From positions 1-15,783 of the forward strand of contig CAVPSB010000006.1 in the NCBI GenBank assembly GCA_963708025.1: a stretch of DNA of 15,783 nucleotides, given 5' to 3'. The translations under genes and the position numbers were made by a program. The notes under the pieces are model-generated. The model had not been told where the DNA came from. It did no database searches and saw only the letters and a program-made list of their open reading frames with translations. This stretch comes from an uncultured Candidatus Rokubacteria bacterium (GTDB taxonomy: Bacteria; Methylomirabilota; Methylomirabilia; Rokubacteriales; DASRDR01). Shown in pieces: positions 1 through 7,279 of this stretch (its first letter is position 1; every line of letters starts with the position of its first letter).

Positions 1-18
1 AAGAGGGAGAGGAGAACC

Positions 19-1264
19 GTGGCGACCAAGGGCAGGCACGTCCACCAGCGGGAGCTCGTCGGCCAGCAGATCGTTGACTACGAGACGCGCGTTGACGTCG
101 CGCGCCTGAAGCGCGAGCGCCTGGCCCGGCTCCAGGCGGAGATCGGGCAGGCGGGGCTGGGGCGGTCCTCCTCTACGACCCGATCAACATCCGCTACGCG
201 ACGGGGATGCGGGACTCGTTCTACGGCTTCGCCCTCCGCTCCTACTACCGGTATGCCGTCGTCCCGCGCGAGGGACGTCCGATCGTCTTCGGCGGTCTCG
301 ACGATACCCTGGCGGGGGAGGCCGGCATCGACGCCCGGGAGGGTCGCACCTGGGATTTCTTCCCCGTGGTCGCAACGTGGAGGAGGCCGCCCGACGCTGG
401 GCGTCCGAGCTGAGGAGCACGCTGGACGAGCTTCGATTGGCCCGCGAGCCCCTGGGGATCGATCGCCTGGACTTCGTCGGCTTCGAGGCGCTCCGGGCGC
501 AGCAGCTCCGGCTGGCCGACGCGCGGGTGCCGGTCGAGCGGGCGCGGGCGATCAAGACACCGGACGAGCTGACCCTGGTTCGCCAGGCCTGCGCCGTGGC
601 CGACATCGGCATCTGCGCGGTCCGGGACGCGATCCGCCCGGGCGTGACCGAGAACGAGCTGTGGGCCGTCTTCGCCGCGACCAACATCCGGCTGGGCGGG
701 GAGCACACCGACGGCCGGCTGCTGGCCGCCGGCGATCGGACCAATCCCTGGTACCAGGCCGCGTCGGACCGGCTGGTCCGCGACGGAGAGCTGGTGGCGT
801 TCGACACCGACATGGCGGGTCCCTTCGGCTACTTCGCCGACGTCTCCCGTACCTTCCTCTGCGGCGACCGGAAGCCGACGGCCGAGCAGCGGGAGCTCTA
901 CGAGGTCGGGTACCGCTTCATCCAGGAGTCGATCCCGCTCTTCCGCCCCGGGGCGAGCTTCCGGGAGATCGGCGAGAAGGCCCCGGCCTATCCCGAGAAG
1001 TACCGGGCCAATCGCTACGTGGTGCTGGCGCACGGCGCCGGCATGTCGGACGAGTGGCCGGCCATCTACTTCCCGGACGTGAGCTGGAGCGGTTTCGGCA
1101 ACGACCCCGACGTGCTCCAGGAGCACATGGTGATCTGCGTCGAGGCCCTGGTCGGCGAGGCCGGCGGGCGGCAGAGCGTCAAGCTCGAGGAGCAGCTGAT
1201 CGTCACCGAGCGGGCGCCGGAGGTGATCTCCCTCGCCCCCCACGACTGGCGCTTCGTGGGGTGA
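19..1264 (+). CDS. M24-family (Xaa-Pro peptidase/creatinase fold) metalloenzyme, DddP-like; two apparent single-base frameshifts (~159-162 and ~362-368)
   Basis: GGAGAGGAG RBS before GTG19. Joining three frames gives ~415 aa: ...QAGLG/AVLLYDPINIRYATGMR...WDFFP/xGRNVEEAARRW...RLLAAGDRTNPWYQ...FDTDMAGPFGYFADVSRT...HGAGMSDEWP...VEALVGE...KLEEQ. These motifs match the M24 metal ligands and DddP-like subfamily signatures. Confidence 0.85.
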
Positions 1265-1284
1265 CCCTGCCGAGAGGCCGGGTG

Positions 1285-1797
1285 ATGCTGGAGAGTATCG
1301 GGAGCGTCATGGCGTACCTGGTCGCCATGGGACTCGTCGCCGCCCCCTTCTGGGGACTCCATGCGCTCGGGCGCCGGCGGTGCGTGGCGGCGGCGAAGCG
1401 TGCCGCGGCCGGGATGGACGGGCGATACGAGAAGGGCGGGTACCTCTCGGGCGGGATGATCTACGGCCGGAAGGATGGGCGCGACGTGGTCGTCGACTTC
1501 TTCACCGGCAGCTCCAGGAAGAGGCCGCTGACGACGGCCATGACGACCCTGACGAAGCCGCGGAGCGGGCGGCTCCTGGTGCGCCGCACGCTTCTTGGCC
1601 GATGGGACGGGGTCGAGGCGCTCCCGCCGGCGGGCGCGGAGCTCGTGAGGCGGCTGGAGTCGTTCCGGCGCGCCCAGGTGGAGGCGTGGTCGAACATGGT
1701 CTCCGTCCGAGTGGCGGGCGTCCTCCACGACACCGCCCGCATCGTGGAGCTGGCGTCCATCACGGCCGCCCTGGCGTCGGAGCTGGAGCGCGCCTGA
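1285..1797 (+). CDS. Hypothetical protein, 170 aa, with one N-terminal hydrophobic segment
   Basis: 3' part of ORF 19..1797. GAGAGG precedes GTG1282/ATG1285; alternative start GTG1261 overlaps the upstream TGA. Hydrophobic stretch VMAYLVAMGLVAAPFWGL is followed by RRR. Confidence 0.65.
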   Translation: MLESIGSVMAYLVAMGLVAAPFWGLHALGRRRCVAAAKRAAAGMDGRYEKGGYLSGGMIYGRKDGRDVVVDFFTGSSRKRPLTTAMTTLTKPRSGRLLVRRTLLGRWDGVEALPPAGAELVRRLESFRRAQVEAWSNMVSVRVAGVLHDTARIVELASITAALASELERA

Positions 1798-1882
1798 CCG
1801 GCCGTCACCTTAACGCGAAGGGCGGTAGCGGCGGCGACGGTCAGGTCGGCAGTCAGGGAGATGGACCTCCGGGCGTCGCCGC

Positions 1883-2701
1883 CTACATGTACAGCCCGCC
1901 GTTCGGGCTGATCACCTGGCCGGTCAGATAGCCGCTGTCGTCGGACGCCAGATACAGCGCGGTGCCGGCGATCTCCTCCGGGGTGGCCGCCCGCCCGTCG
2001 AGCGCGAGGCGCAGCATCGCCTGGCGGCGGTGCTCCACGAGCGCGGCGGCCATCTCGGTGTCGACCGCGCCGGGCGCGATCACGTTGGCGACGATGCCGC
2101 ACGGGGCGACGTCCTGGGCCAGCGCCTTGGTGAAGCCGATCATCCCCGCCTTGGCAGCCGAGTAGTCAGGGTGCGTGGCCAGGCCGCGGAGCCCGGAGAC
2201 CGACGCCATGTTGATGATCCGTCCGGAGCGCTGCGGCTCCATGATGCGGACGGCTTCCCGGCAACAGTAGAAGGCGCTGTCCAGGTTGGCGGTGATCGTG
2301 TCGCGCCATTCCTCGTCGGTCAGGGCGGCCACCGCGCCGAGCGGCGAGAGCGCCCGCCCGTGCGCGAGCAGCTCGCCGTCGATCTGCCTGGTGCGCTCCA
2401 CGATGTGGGCCGGGCTCTTGCGGACGCTCCCGGCGTTGTTGACGAGCACGTCGAGCCGGCCGAGCGCCGCCAGCACCGCGGCGAAGAGCCGCCGCACCTC
2501 GTCGCTGCGCGAGACGTCGGCCGGGATCGCGATCGCCGTCCCGCCGGCGGCCGTGATCCGCGCGACCACGCGGTGGAGCGGCTCCGGCCGCCGGCCCGCG
2601 ACGACCACGCGAGCGCCTTCGGCGGCGAACCGGTGGGCGATCGCCTCGCCGATGCCGGTGCCACCGCCAGTGACGAGTGCCGCCCGTCCCGATAGCCTCA
2701 T
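1883..2701 (-). CDS. Short-chain dehydrogenase/reductase (classical, FabG-like), 272 aa
   Basis: GGGAGAGG RBS before ATG at 2701. Motifs TGGGTGIG, NNAG, NMAS, YSAAK, VIAPG and GYLTGQVISPNGG. AGRR after beta-2 suggests NADP(H) preference. Confidence 0.93.
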   Translation of the reverse strand: MRLSGRAALVTGGGTGIGEAIAHRFAAEGARVVVAGRRPEPLHRVVARITAAGGTAIAIPADVSRSDEVRRLFAAVLAALGRLDVLVNNAGSVRKSPAHIVERTRQIDGELLAHGRALSPLGAVAALTDEEWRDTITANLDSAFYCCREAVRIMEPQRSGRIINMASVSGLRGLATHPDYSAAKAGMIGFTKALAQDVAPCGIVANVIAPGAVDTEMAAALVEHRRQAMLRLALDGRAATPEEIAGTALYLASDDSGYLTGQVISPNGGLYM

Positions 2702-2744
2702 GTCGCCTCTCCCACCCCGGCCGGCCGCCGGCCGAGCCGCTCGC

Positions 2745-2774
2745 TTGACGACGTTTAGCCATACTATATACACT
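2745..2774 (+). promoter_or_regulatory. Putative sigma70 promoter for the regulator, in the divergent SDR/regulator intergenic region
   Basis: TTGACG (2745-2750), 18-bp spacer, TACACT (2769-2774), in an AT-rich island within GC-rich DNA. Confidence 0.55.
2754..2768. promoter_or_regulatory. Candidate operator box 1 (TTTAG-CCATA-CTATA)
   Basis: One mismatch from the palindrome TTTAG-N5-CTAAA. Lies in the promoter spacer; related boxes at 3593 and 3624. Confidence 0.45.
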
Positions 2775-2835
2775 GTCGACCGACAAAAAAGAGCGGTCGG
2801 GCGGGGGCCGCCGGCCAACGATGCGAGGAGAACGG

Positions 2836-3456
2836 ATGGCGAGCACATCCCCGGGAACGCGGTCCGTGAAGGGCGGGATCCCGAAGGGCGGGATCCAGGA
2901 TGTTCAGCTCCTGATCGGCGAGCGGATCAAGCGGGCGCGGAAGAGCCGCGGACTGACGCTTCAGGACCTAGCCCGAAAGAGCGGGCTGACTCCCGGGTAC
3001 ATCTCGCAGATCGAGAACAGCAAGGCGCTGCCCTCGGTCGCGACGATCTTCAAGGTGGGCAACGTCCTCGACTGTCCGCTGACGTTCTTCTTCGATCGTG
3101 ACGGCGCCCCGGACCGCGTCGTCGTGCGCAAGCACGAGCGGAAGGTGCTGCCGCTGCCCGGGTCGCGAATCACCTGCGAGCTGCTCTCCCCCGACCTGGT
3201 GGGGAAGCGGCTCGACCCGAACATCATGCGGTTCGAGCGCGGCGGGAGCACCGGGAAGACACCCTACAGCCACAAGGAGGGCGAGGTCCTGATCCTGGTG
3301 CTGAAGGGGGAGTTCGAGCTGGTCGTGGATCGCGTGCGCTCGGTGTTGCTCGAGGGTGACAGCGCGCACTTCAACGCCGCCACGCCCCACACGATCGCCA
3401 ACCGTGCCGACGGCCCGGGTGAGATCGTCTGGGTGGCCACCCCGCCGACCTACTAG
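2836..3456 (+). CDS. XRE-family HTH plus cupin transcriptional regulator (PuuR/SutR-like), 206 aa
   Basis: GAGGAG RBS before ATG2836. HTH_3 region IGERIKRARKSRGLTLQDLARKSGLTPGYISQIENSKALPS; C-terminal cupin YSHKEGE...LKGEFEL...GDSAHFNAATPHTIAN. Confidence 0.93.
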   Translation: MASTSPGTRSVKGGIPKGGIQDVQLLIGERIKRARKSRGLTLQDLARKSGLTPGYISQIENSKALPSVATIFKVGNVLDCPLTFFFDRDGAPDRVVVRKHERKVLPLPGSRITCELLSPDLVGKRLDPNIMRFERGGSTGKTPYSHKEGEVLILVLKGEFELVVDRVRSVLLEGDSAHFNAATPHTIANRADGPGEIVWVATPPTY

Positions 3457-3464
3457 CCAGTCAC

Positions 3465-3489
3465 TCGGGGGGTCTCGGAAGACCCCCGA
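3465..3489 (+). repeat. REP-like GC-rich palindromic element, copy A
   Basis: TCGGGGGGTC-TCGGAA-GACCCCCGA hairpin just after the regulator stop codon; near-identical inverted copy at 10126-10153. Confidence 0.7.
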
Positions 3490-3571
3490 TGCCCCCGAAC
3501 GCGACGGGCATACTCCGCCAGTCTCGAAGGGGCGACGCGCCCGCCGGCGCCGGGCGTCGTCGCGAAGGGCC

Positions 3572-3600
3572 TTGACAACCATCCCGGCTGGTTTTAGTTT
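3572..3600 (+). promoter_or_regulatory. sigma70-type promoter for the long downstream operon
   Basis: Perfect TTGACA (3572-3577), 17-bp spacer, TAGTTT (3595-3600), 55 bp upstream of GTG3656, which has a GGAGG RBS. Confidence 0.75.
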
Positions 3601-3638
3601 GAGCAAACTCGCTCCCCGAAATATTTAGGGCTGGTAAA
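3593..3638. promoter_or_regulatory. Candidate operator boxes 2 and 3
   Basis: TTTAG-TTTGA-GCAAA (3593-3607) overlaps the -10, and TTTAG-GGCTG-GTAAA (3624-3638) starts 31 bp later. A perfect inverted repeat AGTTTG-AG-CAAACT also lies at 3596-3609. Confidence 0.5.
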
Positions 3639-3655
3639 AGCTGGAGGGCCCGGCC

Positions 3656-4945
3656 GTGTCCACTTCCGCGCGCGACGTGGCGCCCGATCGAGAGTCGCCG
3701 GCTGTCTCGGCCGATCCCAACGCCGAGGCGTTCGACCGGATCTGCGGCTCGGAGCCGGTGCTGGTCGACATCCGTGCCGCCGGGGAAGTGGTTCCGGGAA
3801 TGACCCGGGACACGATCCTCACCTCGGGCGCGCCGCTCCCGTGGGCGCAGTACACGGGGGGCCAGCGCCGGGCGATCCTGGGGGGCGCCCTGTTCGAAGG
3901 GCTGGCGGAAGACGCCGACCGGGCAGCCGCCCTCCTGGCCGACGGAGCGGTGCGGATCCGTCCGTGCCACGACCACGGCTGCGTCGGGTCGGTCGCCGGC
4001 ATCTACACGGCATCGATGCCGGTCTTCGTCGTCGAGAATCGCCGCGCCGGGAACCGCGCCTTCTGCAACCTGTTCGAGGGCGTCTCGCCCAAGCGGCTGA
4101 ACTACGGCGTCTACAACGAGGAGGTCCGCCAGAACCTGCTGGTCCTGCGGGACGTGATCGCCCCGACGCTCGGTGAGGCGGTGCGGGCCCTGGGCGGCAT
4201 CCCACTTCGCCCGATCATGCGGCGTGCCCTCCACATGGGCGACGAGCTGCACAGCCGGAACACGGCCGCCACGCTGCTCTTCACCCGTGAGCTGTTTCCG
4301 GCTCTGCTCGACCAGGCGTCCCGCCGGTCGGCCGAGGCCCGGCAGCTTCTCGACTTCCTGCGCGCCAGCGACTACTTCTTCCTGCGACTCTCCATGGCCG
4401 CGTCGAAGGCCACCGCCGACGCGGCCCACGGCGTGGCGGGCTCGAGCGTGGTGACCGCGATGACGCTCAGCTGTCGGGATTTCGCCATCCGGGTGAGCGG
4501 GCTCGGGGACGAGTGGTTCCGCGGACCCCTTCCGGACGTCGGCGCCATGAAGCTCTTCCCCGGCCACGGTCCCGGCGACGTCGAGTTCATGGGCGGGGAG
4601 AGCTGCATCGCGGAGACCGTGGGCCTCGGCGGCTTCGCCCAGGCGGCGGCCTTTCCGCTGCAGGAGTACCAGGGCGGGACGAGCGAGCGGATGGCGGAGT
4701 TGAACCGCGCGATGTACCGGATCACGGTCGGCGAGCACCCGGAGTTCAAGATCCCGTACCTCGGCTTCCGGGGGACGCCCACCGGCATCGACGTCTACCG
4801 CGTCGTGGCGACCGGGATCACGCCCGTGATCGACGCCGGCGTGGCCGGCAAGGACGGCGGTCAGATCGGCGCCGGGGTCCTGAACGCCCCGCTCGCCTGC
4901 TTCCAGCAGGCCGCCGAGGCACACCGCCGCCGCTACGGGAGCTGA
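3656..4945 (+). CDS. DUF1116-family protein (YlbE/AllG, YahG-like), 429 aa
   Basis: Motifs ILTSGAPLPW, ALFEGLA, PCHDHGCVGSVAG, ALHMGDELHSRN, ESCIAETVGLGG, GTPTGID and QIGAG correspond to conserved YlbE/YahG blocks, with several substitutions. Confidence 0.85.
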   Translation: MSTSARDVAPDRESPAVSADPNAEAFDRICGSEPVLVDIRAAGEVVPGMTRDTILTSGAPLPWAQYTGGQRRAILGGALFEGLAEDADRAAALLADGAVRIRPCHDHGCVGSVAGIYTASMPVFVVENRRAGNRAFCNLFEGVSPKRLNYGVYNEEVRQNLLVLRDVIAPTLGEAVRALGGIPLRPIMRRALHMGDELHSRNTAATLLFTRELFPALLDQASRRSAEARQLLDFLRASDYFFLRLSMAASKATADAAHGVAGSSVVTAMTLSCRDFAIRVSGLGDEWFRGPLPDVGAMKLFPGHGPGDVEFMGGESCIAETVGLGGFAQAAAFPLQEYQGGTSERMAELNRAMYRITVGEHPEFKIPYLGFRGTPTGIDVYRVVATGITPVIDAGVAGKDGGQIGAGVLNAPLACFQQAAEAHRRRYGS

Positions 4946-4957
4946 GCGGCGGAACCC

Positions 4958-5128
4958 ATGACATCCACGGCGGGGAACGGGGAGCCGGTGCTCATCGAGC
5001 GGCTCGCGGGGACCGACGTGCGAGCGCTGGCTGGTCGGGGAGGACCTGAGGAGGAAGACGCGGGCGGCCCTCGAGGAGGAGCCGCCGGACATCCGGCCGT
5101 AGGCACGGCAGGGAAGGGGGATCTGTGA
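4958..5128 (+). CDS. Possible small hypothetical protein (56 aa)
   Basis: ATG4958 to TGA5128 fills the intergenic gap, and the stop overlaps GTG5125 (GTGA). RBS is weak and no motif was recognised. Confidence 0.3.
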   Translation: MTSTAGNGEPVLIERLAGTDVRALAGRGGPEEEDAGGPRGGAAGHPAVGTAGKGDL

Positions 5129-6510
5129 CGACGCGCAGCGACAGGTCGGATCGAACCGAGAAGCTGGAAGCCCGGCGAGCCGAGCTCGAGAAGCAGGGTG
5201 TCCGGTACTGCATCGCGAGCTTCACCGACATCAACGGCGTGATGAAGGCCAAGTTCGTCCCGATCGAGCGGTTCGCCCACCTCATGGAGGGCTCCGAGCT
5301 GTACAACGTCTGTGCAATGGAGGGGCTCAACATCGGGCGGGACGCGAACGACTTCGAGTCCTGCACGATCCCGGACCTCGACTCGCTGGTGGTGCTGCCC
5401 TGGAAGCCCGACACCGCTTGGCTGGCCGCCGACATCCAGTACGAGGGCCAGCCCGACGTCCTGTGCGCTCGCCAGGTGCTCAAGCGGGTGGCGTCCCGCG
5501 CCCGTGAGATGGGGTTCGGGCTGAACTTCGGGATCGAGACTGAGCTCTACGTCCTGCGGGAGCGCCCCGACGGGACGTACGGTCCCTACCACCCCGAAGA
5601 CAAGATGCAGAACACGCCGGGGTACGACGTCCGGATGACGCTCGACTCGATGGATTGGCTGGACACCATGGTCCGGTACATGAACTCCCTCGGGTTCGGC
5701 GTGTACTCGTTCGACCACGAGGCGGGCCACGGGCAGTTCGAGTTCGACTTCGGGTTCGCCGACGTGGTGCGCATGGCCGACCGCTTCACCTTCTTCCGCT
5801 TGATGGCCCGCGAGGTCGCGCGGCTCAAGGGCGCGGTCGCCACGTTCATGCCGAAGCCCTACGCCAGCGACTACGGCAGCGGGGCCCACTTCAACATGAG
5901 CCTGGCCGACGCCACGACGGGGGCGAACCTGATGGGTGACCGGGCGGACAGCCGGGGCATCGGCATCTCCCAGCTGGCCTACCAGTTCATCGCCGGCGTG
6001 CTCGAGCATGCCGGGTCGATCACCGCGGTGGCGGCGCCGACCGTCAACTCGTACAAGCGCCTGGTGGCCCGCGGCTTCAACGCCGACATCACGTGGGCGC
6101 CGATCTACCGGGCCTACGGCGACAACAACAAGACGCTGATGGTCCGGATCCCACGCGCCCGGAACCGCATCGAGAACCGGGCGGCCGACAGCGCCAACAA
6201 CGTGTACCTGGCGGCGGCGCTGACCTTCGCGGCCGGGCTGGACGGGGTCCGCAAGAAGCTCGATCCGGGCCCGCCGCGCAACGAGAACATGTACCTGCTC
6301 TCCGACGCCGAGCTCGCCGAGCGCGGCGTCCGCTACCTCCCCCGCACGCTGCTCGAGGCGATCGAGGAGCTCGAAGCCGATCCGCTGGTTGACGAGGTGT
6401 TCTCGCCCGAGCTCAAGAAGGGGTTCATCCAGTACAAGCGGCGGGAGTGGGCCGAGTACCACAATACGGTCAGCTCCTGGGAGGTCGAGCGATACCTCAA
6501 GATGTTCTAG
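5125..6510 (+). CDS. Glutamine synthetase-like gamma-glutamyl-amide ligase (GlnT/GMAS-like), 461 aa
   Basis: Motifs SFTDINGVMKAKFVP, GIETE, DHEAGHGQFE, TFMPKP, GSGAHFNMSL, PTVNSYKRL, TWAP and RIENRAAD. It lacks FDGSS and has WAP in place of the GSI EAP flap. Confidence 0.92.
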   Translation: MTTRSDRSDRTEKLEARRAELEKQGVRYCIASFTDINGVMKAKFVPIERFAHLMEGSELYNVCAMEGLNIGRDANDFESCTIPDLDSLVVLPWKPDTAWLAADIQYEGQPDVLCARQVLKRVASRAREMGFGLNFGIETELYVLRERPDGTYGPYHPEDKMQNTPGYDVRMTLDSMDWLDTMVRYMNSLGFGVYSFDHEAGHGQFEFDFGFADVVRMADRFTFFRLMAREVARLKGAVATFMPKPYASDYGSGAHFNMSLADATTGANLMGDRADSRGIGISQLAYQFIAGVLEHAGSITAVAAPTVNSYKRLVARGFNADITWAPIYRAYGDNNKTLMVRIPRARNRIENRAADSANNVYLAAALTFAAGLDGVRKKLDPGPPRNENMYLLSDAELAERGVRYLPRTLLEAIEELEADPLVDEVFSPELKKGFIQYKRREWAEYHNTVSSWEVERYLKMF

Positions 6511-6517
6511 GCGTCCG

Positions 6518-7279
6518 GTGACGGTCCCCAGGGTCGGCGTGATCATCAGCTACGGCGAGGAGCGGCTGTTCCTCGAGCGGTACGGACAGATGCTGGAAGC
6601 GGCCCGGGCCCTGCCGGTCTACTTGCCGTACCCCGCTGGCAGCGCCACGCTCGACGGGTACCTCGACTGGGCGGACGGAATCGTGGCGACCGGCGGTGAA
6701 GATGTGTACCCCGAGGAGTACGGGGAGCGGCCCATTCCGGAGCTGGGCGCCATCGACCGCGCCCGGGACCGGTTCGAGCTCGCGCTGCTGAGACGCGCGG
6801 TGGAGCGCGACCGCCCCGTCCTGGCGATCTGTCGCGGGATCCAGGCGCTGAACGTGGCGATGGGCGGCACGCTGTACCAGGATCTCCCGGCCCAGGTGCC
6901 CGGCGCGCTGGCCCACGAGCCGACGCCGCTGTGGGAGGGCGACGGGCGGTTGGCCCCCTGCGGGCACGAGGTGGCGGTGGAGGGAGGGAGCGTGCTGGCC
7001 GCGACCCTGGGACGGAGGCGCCTGTCGGTCAACAGCTATCACCACCAGGCCGTCCGGGAGCCGGGGGCCGGGGTGCGAATCGTGGCCCGGGCCCCCGACG
7101 GGGTCGTCGAGGCCATCGAGCTGCCGGCGCGCCGGTTCGTGCTCGGGCTCCAGTGGCACCTCGAGCTGATGCTCGGGCAGGACGCGGGCGCCGAGGCGAT
7201 CCTCGGGCGCTTCGTCGAGGAGTGCGGGCGCGGGGCCAGGAGCGGCGCGCGGCCCGTGAGGGCGGGCGGACGGGCGTGA
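6518..7279 (+). CDS. Class I glutamine amidotransferase-like gamma-glutamyl hydrolase (peptidase C26, PuuD-like), 253 aa
   Basis: Motifs TGGEDV, RDRFE, AICRGIQ (nucleophile Cys), GGTLYQD, VNSYHHQ and QWHLE. GTG6518 follows the ligase stop. Confidence 0.92.
   Translation: MTVPRVGVIISYGEERLFLERYGQMLEAARALPVYLPYPAGSATLDGYLDWADGIVATGGEDVYPEEYGERPIPELGAIDRARDRFELALLRRAVERDRPVLAICRGIQALNVAMGGTLYQDLPAQVPGALAHEPTPLWEGDGRLAPCGHEVAVEGGSVLAATLGRRRLSVNSYHHQAVREPGAGVRIVARAPDGVVEAIELPARRFVLGLQWHLELMLGQDAGAEAILGRFVEECGRGARSGARPVRAGGRA

Noticed and set aside
19-1264. Assigning the symbol dddP
   Set aside because: Motif similarity alone does not establish DMSP lyase activity, and the context gives no DMSP support.
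19-1797. 592-aa ORF as a single protein
   Set aside because: It is a chimera of the M24 N-terminus, an out-of-frame Arg/Gly-rich middle and the separate 170-aa downstream gene, produced by frameshifts and stop-poor GC-rich DNA.
3465-3565. Rho-independent terminator after the regulator
   Set aside because: The GC hairpins here lack a U-tract, and the first is better explained as a repeat copy.
5125-6510. Calling the ligase housekeeping glnA or gmaS
   Set aside because: The ammonium-site motifs are missing, it is paired with a PuuD-like hydrolase, and no mgs/mgd genes are in the window.
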